NCBI GenBank assembly: GCA_030704615.1
Contig: CM060732.1
Coordinates: 8,928,001-8,992,000 of the forward strand
DNA length: 64,000 bases
Direction: 5' to 3'
Origin: Takakia lepidozioides
Taxonomy: Eukaryota; Plantae; Bryophyta
Position 1 is the first letter of the stretch. Each line of letters begins with the position of its first letter. The position numbers were made by a program, and so were the translations under genes. The notes beneath the pieces were generated by a model, which was not told the origin of the DNA, made no database searches, and was given only the letters and a program-made list of their open reading frames with translations. Below are positions 46,498 to 59,000 of this stretch, in pieces.

Positions 46498-49400
46498 CTA
46501 TTGGCTGTATCGCTGTGACTGGATTTTAACTTTTATCTTCTTTAGTGGACTTTCCCTGTTGGATAGTCCACTAGGATCACACATGCGACATGAATTCAGT
46601 TTTTCTGTACTTGCCGTTCGTTCTGTTTCCCTTTTTCCGTATTCATTAATGGGCCCGCCTTTCATCCCTTTTGACGGCCGTTCTTGTCCTCTTTCTTTTT
46701 GACACCTGTCCTTGCACTTCATTCTCTGCTGTGTGTCGCACCCTGACCTCCACGTGTCTATTTTTAAAGTAATTTCCGTTTCTTCTTCCTTCAGCCATTT
46801 TCCTGAAGTTTTTATGTGTCCACTTGTCACTGATTCTATGGATCGTGTAACTTTAGTAGGCTGTGTTGAGCTGTGACAGGCTGTGTCATACTGTGTTACG
46901 CTGTGATAGGCTGTGTTGCACTGTGGTAAGCTGTGATAGGCTGTGACACGCTGCGGTAGGTTGTGATAGGCTGTGTCACGCCGTGATGGGCTGTGATAGG
47001 CTGTGTCACGCCGTGATGGGCTGACAAGTGTTCCATACTCCGTTCGTAACACTGGTGCAGCCCGTGACTGCTCTTGCGGTTCAACATGCAAATCATGCTG
47101 CAGGGGTTTGTCATGGATACCACTGTACCCCTTCAACTTATTTGCATTGACTCTTCCCAGCATTTCTTTGTTAATGGTTTGTAACATGGCTGTGTTGTTA
47201 TCATACATCTTTTGTATGACATAAGGTCCTTTCCATGGTGATTTAAGCTTAGAAGCTTGAATCTTTCCTTTCTTCTGCAACCATAGAACCAAATCCCCCG
47301 TCTTAAAAGTCTTTAACTTGCCTTCATCAAACTGTTCCTTTCTCTTCATCTGAATTCTGGTCATATTATCAGCTGCATCAGCACGTACTTCTTCCACATG
47401 GTATAATTCATGTTTCCTGACCTTGATGGAGTCTTGCAATTCCATTCTTTTTCCCCACTCCGTTCTCATGGTAGGTAACAGGAATTCCACTGGAAGTAAG
47501 GCTTCCATACCATAAACTAATTGGAATGGTGTATACTTAGTGGTGACTTTATATGAAGTCCTGTATGACCACAAAGCTGTCAGCAGCTTTGTATCCCAAT
47601 CCGTTCTGTTTGCATTGACTATCTTAGCCAAGATAGTACATAGTATTTTGTTGGTAGCCTCTGCCTGCCCATTACCCTGTGGGTAATATGTTGTACTCTT
47701 TCTATGCACAATCATAAACTCTTTAGTCAATAACTCAATGGTCTCATTCATGAAGTGACTTCCTTGATCACTGATAAATTCTAAGGGTCCAAATCGTGTA
47801 AGTATGTTCTCGTACAGGAACCTTGCTGTGGACTTGGCTGTGTTGTCCCTCAAAGCTTTAGCTTCCACCCACTTTGTAGTATAATCAGTGGCTGTAATTA
47901 TGTACCTGTTTTGTGTATTCTTGGATGGTGGATTAATTGGTCCAACAAAGTCTAGTCCCCATTTCTGAAATGGTTCCGTAGGCATTGTAGGATGCAAGGC
48001 CATTCTTCCAGATCTCTGCAAAGGTCCTAGCCTCTGACATTCATCACACTTCTGACAATACTCATGTACATCTTTGAACAAAGTAGGCCACCAGTATCCT
48101 GCGAGTAGTATCTTTCTACTGGTAGTCTCTTCTCCAAAATGACCTCCAGCCACTCCTTTATGAACTTCCTCCAAGACTTTATTTACTTCATGGTGGTACA
48201 AGCATCGTTTTAGTACCCATCAGGTCCTAACTTATACATTCTGCTTCCTACCATAGTATAAGGTAAAGCTTTGATAGCGATTCTCTTCCTCTGCTCCTTA
48301 CCATAACTAGGTGGGCACTGACCATGAGCAAGGTAGTATCTGATTGGCCACTGCCAATCTAACCATTCATCTGCACTTCCTTGCACCTCCATTACAAATA
48401 AACTCGCATCAGGTAACTGATCGTCCACTCCTGTGGCGGCCTCTCCTGTTGTTAGTCGTGACAAATGATCTGCCACAAGATGCAAACGGCCAGGCTTGTA
48501 AATAACCTCGAACTCAAACTCATGCAAGATTATTAACCACCTCGCTATCCTTCCACTTATCAAAGGTTTGTTCACCAGATATATCAGAGCCTGGTGATCC
48601 ACATAAAACATAAACTTTCTTCCCAATAGGTAATGCCTGAATTTCTTCACTGCATAGATCATTGCCAATGCTTCTCTTTCCGTTGTGCTATAGTTCCTCT
48701 CAGCACTGTTCATCAACCGGCTAGCATAGTACACAGGTGAATCTATATTCCCTGTAACATTCTGGGCTAACACCGCTCCCAACGCTTCTCCTGATGCATC
48801 GCAGTGAACATGAAATACTACATGCCAGTGAGGGTTAATCAGCACAGGTGTAGTTGTTACTGACAGTGTAAGTTCCTCAAACGCCTGTTGACATTCAGCT
48901 GTCCATGCAAACACTGCATCTTTCTTCAGAAGCTTGCTCAATGGTGCTGCTATTTGTGCATACCTTTTGACAAATCTTCTGTAATAACTGGTTTGCCCAA
49001 GGAATCTCCTTAAACTCTTAACATTCACTGGTGGTGGAGAGACTTTAATGGACTCTGTCTTCCTGGGATCCACAAGGAGTCCCTTCTTACACACAATGTG
49101 TCCCAGAAGCACCCCTGAGTTCACACAGAAAGTACACTTCTCTGGGTTCAAGCCCAGACCTCTCATCCTGCATCTGGCCAGGCATAACTCCAATTTATGC
49201 AAGTGCTCATTCTTAGAGCTGTACACACTGAAATCATCCAAGAATACCTGCATGAAATCATCCAGATACTCATGAAAAGATTCACTTATCACTCTCTGAA
49301 AGGTCGCTGGTGCATTACAAAGTCCAAAGGGCATGACTTTGTATGCATAAGCCCCCCAGTCTGTGATGAAAGCTGTTTTCCCTTGGTCTTCTTCTGCCAC

Positions 49401-50829
49401 TTGCACTTGATTATAACCACTGAAGCCATCCATGAATGAGTACATCTCATGGCCTGCCACAGTGTCTAATACTGCTTCTGTGAATGGCAAAGGGAAAGGA
49501 TCTTTCTTCGTACAAGCATTCAGCTTCTTATAGTTCACACATACTCTTAGTTTGCCATTCTTCTTGGGAACTATAACAATGGGTGACAACCAAGTTGTAT
49601 ACTCTATTGGGTATATAAACTTAGCCTCAGCCAACTTCTTTATCTCTTCTCCAACCTTCTGTGCGTAGTTGGGATTCATTCTATACCTCGCCTGCTTGAT
49701 TGGTACTGACCCTGGTTCCAGTTCAATTTTATGCTGACAGACTTCAGGTGGTATCCCTTTTAGATCCTCATAGCTCCAAGCAAATACATCTCTGTATTTG
49801 ATGAACAAGCTTTTAGCTTCTTCGAAGAACTCCGGCTCCAAATCAGCTCCTACTTTCACCATCTCGGTTCCTCCTGAGTTCCCACATTTACTTCTCTCAC
49901 CTGCTCATCAGCTGTGATTGTCCAACCAGTCACCACTTCATCCTTTAAGCTCACAGTGGCTGGTTCTTCTAGGATTTCTATCTCTCCCTCCTTTTCTTCA
50001 TAGAAATGTGGGGGTAACAGTTGGTTTCCTCTTCAATTGGTGTTGCTGTCACTACACCACAGCAGATACCTCTCAAACAACTTAGGCTTTCCAGCCGCAT
50101 CTCTGCAACCTGCTCCCATTCTGGGTGTGCAGCAAATAGGGTAGCTTCCTGCTCCTCATCCAGTCCTCCCCTCCAGTCATACTCTCTGACTCCTCGAGGT
50201 CTTCTTGTAGCAGGTAATCTACTAGATTTCTTTGTGGTAATTTGTATCTCGTGCATCCCATTATGCACAGTTAGTAACTGAGAATTCCAGTCATGGAATA
50301 CCCTGGCCTGTTTCAGCCACGGACGTCCCAATAATAAGGAGTAAGCCTCCATGACTTCATCCATTTTTAATACAGTTACTGTGATCATAAAGATCATTTT
50401 CTGTATCTGTATCTTAACTCCTCTTATTAATCCCAATGGCTGTACACTTCTTTGATCTGCCATTGTTACTGTAAATGGGGCTGGTTTCATGTTACTTAGA
50501 CCAAGCTTCTTCCTTAATTGGTCTGTCATGATATTTACTCCAGAACCACCATCTATCAGTACATCAGTTAGTTCTGTGCTTCCAATTCTCAATTGGATTA
50601 CTGGCATAGAATCATCAAAGTCCATGACTGGTTCTCGCCCTTCCGGCTTCACATTATAACTGGTCACCTTGCTGTTCAGGTCTGTGTTTCCTGTCTCTTG
50701 GGCAATTCGATTGATTGCCTGATACAGCCTGTGCCTACAATAAGGTGCCACAGCTAATAGCTGTCCAATGGTAATTTCTGCTTTGGTCTGACATATTACT
50801 TCAGCCAAAGTCTCTTCATTACTTTGCAT
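46498..50829 (-). CDS. pol: Athila/Phygy-like pol: protease, RT, RNase H, integrase (3 ORF segments)
   Basis: [10 protein letters not shown]; FLDDFSVY; [10 protein letters not shown]; [36 protein letters not shown]. Confidence 0.95.
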
Positions 50830-53117
50830 GTCTGCATCTTCTTTTTTCCTTTCTTCCTCACTCCCTCTTTTTCTCCATCCGAATCAGAGGAATCTGCCAC
50901 AGGAATATCAGTACTCTTTTGCATTTCCCTTATAGTATCTGCCACTTCCTTGTGCAGTTCCTTCTCATCCTTCCAAGTCTCTTCATCTTCAGGCATATCA
51001 TTGCCACTTCCAGTCTCATCTTCTTCCTCTTCTACTGGAGGTATTAGTTTGGCTTTACTTCTTGTTACTATCATTGTACTTACTTCTGGTACAACACATG
51101 GCCTAACCATGTGAGCTGCCACCACTGGGCCCTCATTCACAGGAGCTCTCATCTCATTCTGGTGTCTTATCCAGAATGAACAGGCTGCCTTGCGATGTCC
51201 TGGCTGATTACAATAGTAACATAGCTCTTCACCATTGGGTCCTCGCCCTTGGTCTGGTCTTGGATTATTTCTATAATCCTGATTCCCGGGCTGGTAATTC
51301 CCCCTTGGATTACCCTGATAGTTGCCTCTGGAATTTCCTTGGTAATTCCCTCTTGAATTACCTCTCCCTTCCATGCCATTGTTATAACCACCAGACCTAC
51401 CATAGTGGTCCTGATCATTGCTTCTTCTTGGCTGGGGCTGCACCTGATGCACCCTCACTTGCCTAGGTTCTCTTGCAGCTGTCCTTCTGTTGTAGTAACA
51501 ATTCTCAGTAGAATGGTTATCCATTTTACAGATAGTACAGTGTTTCTCCTTCATGTGGCATTCTGTAGTGGTATGGCCTTCATTCTGGCACTTTGCACAC
51601 CATACACCCTTCCTCCAATGTGTTGCAGCCTCTGTGGCATACTTCTTCAAGATTTCTTCCAATCTTTTCTCATAGTTATCCCTCTTCAACTTTTCCTTTC
51701 TCTTACTCTTTCTTTTTAGTTCTTGCTCTTCTTCTTCATCTGACTCATCTTCAGAGTCCTCATCTTCCTTTTTCTCTCTCCTGAGCATTCCCAATTGCTC
51801 AATTCTGTTTGCAGTTTCAAATGCCTCCTCCACTGTATTATGGGGTAACATATCCACTTTCTTCTGCAACTCTGGTCTTAGTCCACTCACAAACCAAGTC
51901 TTCTGTAAACCGGGTGCTGGTACTGCAGCCAGCTTTTTCATCATCAATTCCATCTTCTCCATATACTCTTCAACAGTTTCATGCTTCTTCTGCTTCAGCT
52001 GTTGTAAACTTCCATACACTTCATCCTCAGTTTTACTTGTCCTGAACCTATTTCGAAATGCTGTATTCAAGCCATTCCAGGTTAGGAAATGATTATCAGG
52101 GAATCTTGCATACCATTCACTTGCTTTCTTGATAAGTGAACAAGGAAACAGTCTCATCTTGGCATCATCGCCATTCTCATTGTTCACTATACACATGTGC
52201 TCAAATTGGCTAATGTGTACATCGGGATCCCCTTTTCCTGAATATATTGGAAAGGGTGGTTTTGCCCGTGTTGGTTGTAACGCCATCTGTGGCCCTACCT
52301 TCTGCCCACTGACAGGTGCTGGCACCCTTGCTGGTGCTGGTCCTTCTGGACCTGTTGTTTTTGTGGTGGATCTTCCACCAAGTGGTGGCCCTTGAGCACT
52401 CCCTGCTTCTGGCCCCACGATATTCACAGTATTCCCAGCTTCAGTTGCACTACTTCCCACACTCCCTGTCCCCCCAGAGCCAGATCCAGGCAGCCCGCCT
52501 GATCCCCCTGAGCCGACACCTTCGTTGGCCTGTGATCCAAGTGCTCCACTTGATCCAGGTCCAACGGGTTGGGATGTCCTGGTTGTAGTCTCAACCTCAG
52601 CTGTTGGGTCTACTTCTTCATATTCTTCCTCTTCCAATTTCTTCTCTCTGTTTTCATCCTCCAAGTTCTGCCCTTGGGTTTCTTCTTCACTCATGTAACT
52701 CAACTGTAATGGTGTTGGAGAGTCTGAACTCTCCGTTGGCTCTGCCACATCCTCATCTCCTTCTTCATCTTCTGCTTCAGAAACTGGAGTTCCTGCTTTT
52801 GGTGTTCCATGCCAACTCTTATCAAAGATTTCTGTCAAGTCTTTTATCCAAGGATGTACCTCAGATCTTTCACCTCGTGATTGATCTTCTTCCTGTACCA
52901 ATTCCCTTAATCTTTCTTGCAAAGAAACAGAAGGAGTGGCATCCAACTCTAGTTCTTCCGGTATAGGTGATGCACTTTTTGATCTTGATGGTGTGAGAGG
53001 TCCAGATGATTCCCCTATGTCTATTCCTCTCTCCCAAAGATATGGATAATTAGCTTTCAGATAGCTTTCTCTTTTTGATGAATATCTTTGTCGTCTAGCT
53101 TCTCTTTCATCACTCAT
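50796..53117 (-). CDS. gag: Athila/Phygy-like gag (773 aa)
   Basis: YSGKGDPDVHI..LFPCSL..ASEWY..LKQKKHETVEEY and three Cys/His knuckles. Confidence 0.92.
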   Translation of the reverse strand: MSDEREARRQRYSSKRESYLKANYPYLWERGIDIGESSGPLTPSRSKSASPIPEELELDATPSVSLQERLRELVQEEDQSRGERSEVHPWIKDLTEIFDKSWHGTPKAGTPVSEAEDEEGDEDVAEPTESSDSPTPLQLSYMSEEETQGQNLEDENREKKLEEEEYEEVDPTAEVETTTRTSQPVGPGSSGALGSQANEGVGSGGSGGLPGSGSGGTGSVGSSATEAGNTVNIVGPEAGSAQGPPLGGRSTTKTTGPEGPAPARVPAPVSGQKVGPQMALQPTRAKPPFPIYSGKGDPDVHISQFEHMCIVNNENGDDAKMRLFPCSLIKKASEWYARFPDNHFLTWNGLNTAFRNRFRTSKTEDEVYGSLQQLKQKKHETVEEYMEKMELMMKKLAAVPAPGLQKTWFVSGLRPELQKKVDMLPHNTVEEAFETANRIEQLGMLRREKKEDEDSEDESDEEEEQELKRKSKRKEKLKRDNYEKRLEEILKKYATEAATHWRKGVWCAKCQNEGHTTTECHMKEKHCTICKMDNHSTENCYYNRRTAAREPRQVRVHQVQPQPRRSNDQDHYGRSGGYNNGMEGRGNSRGNYQGNSRGNYQGNPRGNYQPGNQDYRNNPRPDQGRGPNGEELCYYCNQPGHRKAACSFWIRHQNEMRAPVNEGPVVAAHMVRPCVVPEVSTMIVTRSKAKLIPPVEEEEDETGSGNDMPEDEETWKDEKELHKEVADTIREMQKSTDIPVADSSDSDGEKEGVRKKGKKKMQTCKVMKRLWLK

Positions 53118-53138
53118 GTCCCATGTCTTTCATTTCTT

Positions 53139-53700
53139 TTAATGTGGCAATAACCAAAACTCTCTTCTGTAATATCTCTCGTATATGCCTGGATTTCTTT
53201 CAAGCTTCAATGCACCCTTGGCTATACTTGAAGTCTCCGTTACCATATAACCATATGGCAAACAAGTCTGAAAAGCTGTTCTTGGTGTGAGTTTGATCCA
53301 CAAAATATCCTTTGGAATCCAATTCTTTACCAGTACAAGCTCTTCATGCATATGAGTATAAACATTCACCTTTCTTTCTTCCCAGCCTTCAAACTCTACT
53401 CGTTTAATGGATAGCAACGCTATCACATAAACTAATGTTGGTAACCAACGTGCTCTTCCTCTACAGGCTACCTGATAAATCTTTATCACTCCTTTCTCCA
53501 GACCCCATTCTGGATCAGCATCATGCACTCGTTTAAGAATATTTTCTTTACATCCGTCTGGCAATTCCAAGAACCTTTGAAAGAATTGTTTGGACAATCT
53601 TTCTTCCTTCGTTCCACAGGGAATTTGATTCACTTCAAATTCTTTAATGGTCCAACCACCATGATCCCACCAGATGCCTGTCACATCTGGTTGTTCATGT
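53139..53700 (-). CDS. Upstream ORF between PBS and gag, unknown function
   Basis: Stop-free frame of ~190 codons ending 22 bp before the gag ATG. Start codon unclear. Confidence 0.45.
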
Positions 53701-53706
53701 CCCAGG

Positions 53707-53724
53707 TCCCCAGTATGGTCGCCA
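53707..53724 (-). promoter_or_regulatory. Primer binding site TGGCGACCATACTGGGGA (tRNA-Arg-like, uncertain)
   Basis: Starts with TGG 2 nt from the 5' LTR. Confidence 0.7.
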
Positions 53725-53726
53725 AA

Positions 53727-54759
53727 TGTCGCGCGGCTTTTACTCACCCATCCCTTCGCTATCCGAGGCGGAAACTCCAAGATAGAAGAGTTGGAAATCT
53801 CTAAGTACTCAGCCCGCGCAGAACAATCAGTCATGACCTACAGCTAGTGTATCATGGGGGTGTTTCCTATTTGTTTCCTTTTCCGCATTCATCTTAGCTA
53901 CCTTACCATTGATAATTAAGTATCAGTTTGCTTCATCAATTTATCGGTTTCCTTCACTCCTCCATTCAATCCACAGCTTCACTCAGATCCTCTACACAGT
54001 GTGATTGTATCGTATAAGTATCAGATTATGATTTATCAGGTATCAGGCCGAAGCCATTATGTCTCTATTCTCCTCTACAATATCACTACAGCTTTGCATA
54101 TAACAAGCATCTACTAATCCTCTTTCCTCCTTCATCGTGCTCTCCGACTTCCGCTCCCGCTGACTCCGAAGTCCTCCCCGAATAATGAATAATGATCCCC
54201 CCTCATTCCCCGTTTTTCCCTTTATCCTCCTATCCGCGGTTCTAACCGTTTCCCTCTCTAACCGTCGTATGTGAACTAACATGTTCCCTTCACTGGTGTT
54301 GTTCCCCACAGTCGTTCCCTGTCCTACTCTTCGTTCCCTATTATCGTGACAGCTGTGTCAAGCGGTGACTGGCTGTGTTTGGCTGTGTCGGGCTGTGACT
54401 GGCTGTGTGGCTGTGCCGGGCTGTGTACTGGCTGTGTGGGCTGTGTGGGCTGTGACGACTGTGACGGCTGTGTGGGCTGTGACGACTGTTCGGGCTGTGT
54501 TGCTGTGTGGGCTGTGACGGCTGTGTGGGCTGTGAACGACTGTGACGGGCTGTGTTGGCTGTGTGGGCTGTGTGGGCTGTGATCGGCTGTGTGGGGGCTG
54601 TGACGACTGTGACGGGCTGTGTTGGTTGGGGGGCTTGTGACGGCTGTGTGGGCTGTGACTGCTGTCACCCTAAGTTCCTGTTTGTCTCAGTCTGTGCAAA
54701 AATTAAGGGTACCCTACAGATCCGTATAAGTGTCTAAGTCCCCCTACAGTCCTCTAACA
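53727..54759 (-). repeat. 5' LTR (1033 bp)
   Basis: Direct repeat of 41643-42679. Confidence 0.95.
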
Positions 54760-54764
54760 TACCT

Positions 54765-56900
54765 CAGCTGGAGCAACCGAATCGCTAAGCACACATCCCA
54801 GAAGCATACGCAGCTCCCTCACTAGCCTATCAGGCAATGGAACCAATGTCAATCCACTTGGAGAAGTGCTTCACCATCACCAACTCGTACTTGTTGTGGC
54901 CATGGTCAGTGGCACGGCCCTGCGAAGTCAAGACTCCACCTGTAGCCCATCCATGATCGGAAGAGGGTGCCATTGTGGAGTAGGGGCGTTGAATGAAGCA
55001 CGCACCCTGTCCACACCATGCACTAGCCACAATTGTGCATCCTCTGTGTGTATACCAGCCACCAATACTGCCCCTGCAGTAGACTATGAGTGCGTCGCCC
55101 CCAAAATGCCCCAACTCCTCATGGGCATGCGCACTAACCGTCCCGCTGTGTTGGGTGAGGCACAATCCTCACTCGACCATCCTCCCACACTCGGAGCAGG
55201 TGTGTCCCCTCCCACTTGAACCTCTTGGCTCGTTGTAGGATCCGATCCCTCTCCTGGCAGTCACAGTGGCTGCATGTCTCCAGTGCGGAGGTAGTCCCAC
55301 ACATCTGAATCCTCATTATATCTTTGGCGCCACCTTGCTCATTGCTGGCCTCAGGGTCCTCAGACACTTGATCTACAGTCATCCATGTTGCAGGTCCAAC
55401 CTGGCCTTCCGCTGCCAGATACACAGAAATGCAGATGCATGCCATCCGGGCACCATCTCCTCGTCCGTTCTCACCATGCCACCGAGCTCCAGTGTCATCC
55501 TCCTGCTGGCTCGTGCATGGATTGCGACTCACCCATCTGCATTGCGATTGACCAAACCCGTCGATGCACCACCTGAAGTCATACTCTTGAAGGATGAGTG
55601 CCCACCGTGCAAGCTTCCCCGTAAGCTTGTCTGACTCCATCAACCACTTGAGTGGTTGGTGATCCGTGACAAGGGTGAAGAGATTGCCATATAGATAGCA
55701 CCTGAAGTGTGCCACGGCCCACACTGCAGCTAAGCATTCTCCCTCATATGAGCAATACTTAGACTCTGCAGCATTGTTCGAGCGGCTAGCATAAGCCACT
55801 ACGAACTCTCTTCCCTCATCATCCACCTGTGTGAGCACCGCTCCAAGCCCCAGCATGCTCCATCTGTATGCAGCTGAAAAGGACGCCCCCTGATAGGTCG
55901 TCTCAAGATGGGCGCCGAGGTCAACCTCGCCTTGAGCTCTTGAAAAGCTTGTTCTTGCTCATCTTCCCACTGCCACTCCTGGTCCACCTTGGTCAGCTTG
56001 GTTAGAGCCTTTGCAATGGCACTGAATCCCTTAACAAACCGTCTGTAATAGTTTGCTAACCCCATGAAAGCTCGAACTCGGCTCACATCCGTGGGGCGTG
56101 GAACCTGTGCAATGGACTCTACCTTAGTCTACCCCCAATCCTCCAGGATATATCATGTGACCCAGATACTCAATCTGGTTGTGGAAAAACTTGCACTTGC
56201 CCGGATGTAACTTCAATCCGTGCGTCCTTAAGCGCTCAAATACCCCCTGAAGGTGTCTCTCATGCTCCTCTCCTCCACCGTAGCACTAAAGATGATGATG
56301 TCATCTATGTAGCACCGAGCAAACTCCACCCCTGCTAGAATCCTGTCCATGACTCTTTGAAACTCAGCGGGAGCGTTTTTTAAGCCCAAATGGTAAGAAC
56401 CGCCACTGGTATAGGCAATCCTTCCCGTGCTCATTGATCCCCCAGAATGCCGTCTTTTGCTTATCCGCATCCTTGATCGGCAACTGGTGATATCCGGATC
56501 GTAAATCCAACGTGCTAAAGACCTTGGAATGCCCAATGGCATCAAAGATCTCCTCTGGTGTTGGCATGGCATACCTATCGGACTTGGTCTGACGATTTAC
56601 AGGCCGGTAATCACCGCACATACGTCTCTCCGTCCAATTGCCATAGACATCCTTCTTAGCTGGCATCACTGTGGCTGAAGCATACTCTCCACCAGAGAGC
56701 TCCACCAAACCTGCCCCCAGAGATCTTGAGTCCTCATCTGAATCAAGACCTCTCCATGTCACTGTATCTATAGGGTCTCCGAAAGATTGGCGTATCAGTG
56801 GCCAACTCAATACGGATCTCTTGACCCTTCAGTGCTCCCAAGTCCTTCAAACTGAAGGCAAAGCAATTCCTGTAAGCCCTCAGGAACCGCCGTAACGTTG
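54765..56900 (-). pseudogene. pol: DNMT-Gypsy 2 RT, RNase H and integrase N-terminus, heavily frameshifted
   Basis: RMCGDYRPVN, CYIDDIIIFS, FQLHTD, VAYASRS..ECLAAVWAV, HEELGHF. Confidence 0.92.
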
Positions 56901-57309
56901 TCTCTCTCCTCCGGTGACAATGGGTCCAATGTCAGGCTCCCAATTGTCCTCCGTAACTGCAACCTTAAGTCCAGTGGGCTTAGAGGTAGAGGACGCGTCC
57001 CGTGGTTGTTATGCTGCAACCTCTTGAGCAGTACCCCCTTCTTGCTCAGTCAATGACAAGGCCTCATCCTGCCCCATCATCTCATCATTGAGAACCTCCT
57101 CAACCCGAGAAAAATCCCCAACCTCATCCATCACAGCTGCCTTGGCTGCCAACTCCCTTTGGACCTCGAGCACCTCCCACGCGTGCCATGGATGTCTACA
57201 CCCCGTGGTCCTCACCGGCTCGCCCCACTCGCTGCCTGTACCGTCTCGGTAGGCAGAGAGACCATGAAGGGGAGTGCACTCCGCACTCTACGTTGCTCAG
57301 CCATAGCCA

Positions 57310-58255
57310 AACTGATAATCCAAGTCAAGCAATTGAGATCCATTGCTTGCCCCAACACCTGACGCCGTGATGCCTCAGAAAGAGAAGGCACCGCCGTGGT
57401 CCCAGTGGAAAACCCCATAGCCCGCTCTCGCTCGTCGGCATTAGGCTCCACTAACTGCTGCAACTGAGCATCCCACAGGAGGCCAGGTCCACCATCCTGA
57501 AAAGCATGGGAGCCTGGGAAGCTGAGCAATGTAGGTAATGCTGCTCGTGGGTGACCCATCCTGTTGACCACTGCCAACGGCGAACGGTCATTATGTCTCA
57601 CACGTTGAGACTGCCTCCCTGTGTCCAAAATGCCATCCACGGTGAGGTGTGTTGGGCGCTGCACCCCATCAAATGCACGCTTGAGCAGTGCGGATGGCAT
57701 CAAGTTAGTCCACCAAAGCCGTGGACGATGAGCCCGTGACCCCACTGCAGCTGCATCCAGCAACACTGCTGACCCAAGCCACGACCGGACTTGATGCACA
57801 CTGGCCATCACCCTGGCCCAAGAATCACCCATCAGTGGCACATTCTCCAAGATGTATGCCGGAGATACAGCCTGATGAAGCTGCAAGTGGCGCAAAATCC
57901 GCACCATCTCCCAAAACAGACCCGTCCTCGAGTCTCGCAATCCATTGCCATGCCCGGCTGATGAATGCCCTTGGCAGGGCCAACCTGCCACTACCAGATC
58001 AATGGAGCCAACCCGCTCCAAATCCTGCGCCCCCAATAATGTCTGCTGGCAAGGCCTGCTGATATCCACGAACTGCAGACACCGGCAACAACTCAGGGTG
58101 CTGCCACCATCTGAGCAACATGGCGCAGTGAGACGCGTCGTGCAGTCTCATCCCTCTCCACATACAGGTAACGTCGAACTCGTACACCTGCCTGCAGCAC
58201 TGCAGCCAATCCAGTGCTGATCCCGCCAAACAAGTCCAGAAGGCATATGCCTTCA
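57310..58255 (-). CDS. Complete DNMT3-like C5 cytosine methyltransferase domain within pol
   Basis: Motif I LLDLFGGISTG, II YVERD, IV DLVVAGWPCQG, VI YILENV, VIII RAHRPRLWWTN, IX-X ERERAMGF..RRQVLGQAMD. Frameshifts near 58070-58120. Confidence 0.9.
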
Positions 58256-58599
58256 TCCGGCCGCTGCCACACAAGAGGTGTGGTGTCCAATGGCGACAAC
58301 TGAGGTGGTCCTGGTGCAATACCCGCACTCTCCTCCTCTCCTGACGGAACAAAAGCCTCTACCCAGGCTTGTTGTACACGTTGATCAGCAACCTGCTGCA
58401 AATCCTTGCTCGTACCCCACAATGGAGTGTGAGCAACCATGGCAGACAACTCCGCCATACCATGCATGTCATCCTGCTCTGCTGGAGGTGGCACATCCTC
58501 TGCATGGGCATTGCCTTCCAGCAACTCTCCAGGCCAACTAACTGCAGCTGTAAAGGCGGCTAGTGTTGGCATCTTGCCCCGCTGGGCAGCCGCTATACC

Positions 58600-59000
58600 C
58601 CAATGAATGTCACAGGGAGCTGTGCACGGCGACCATCGCCTGACTGCCATCCAGGCCTGTAGGATGCTGACTCCTCCCAAAAATCCAGGGTGAAGCCCAT
58701 GGGATAACACTGCCCCACCAACGAGGACATCGTAAGAGACTGCGTCTGTCACAATGGCCTTGGCTCGCATTACTGAGCCATCGATAGGATGATCCGGCTG
58801 CAGTCTAATGGCCAACTGATGCCGTGTCATGCCCCGAGCCTGCTCTGATCCTCCCAGAGATGTCTGTATCTGGAAAGGCAAGGCTCTATATCCGCCTCCA
58901 TGAGGCCCAAACCTGCAATAGCAGCTCTGCCCAACATCAGTGGCTGAGCTCCCGAGTCCAACAAGACCCGCAGTGGCCGGTACTTCTTGCCTGCCGGTCC
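58600..59000 (-). CDS. DNMT-Gypsy 2 aspartic protease
   Basis: VLLDSGAQ and YDVLVG motifs. Confidence 0.8.

Larger units (their letters stand above)
41643..54759 (-). mobile_element. Full-length 13.1-kb non-chromovirus Ty3/Gypsy (Athila/Phygy-like) with extra ORFs
   Basis: LTRs 41643-42679 and 53727-54759. TSD TACCT (41638-41642, 54760-54764). PBS and PPT present. RT motifs [11 protein letters not shown] and FLDDF. No additional RNase H seen. Confidence 0.96.

Noticed and set aside
50796-50860. Programmed gag-pol ribosomal frameshift
   Set aside because: The break lies in an A-rich homopolymer region, and similar breaks occur inside pol (49862-49978, 48201-48210). It cannot be separated from mutation or sequencing error.
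54765-58900. Ancient decay of DNMT-Gypsy 2 inferred from dense frameshifts
   Set aside because: The lesions are mostly 1-2 bp indels with few stops, and the other half of the same integrase (40771-41642) is clean. Low consensus accuracy is an equally good explanation.
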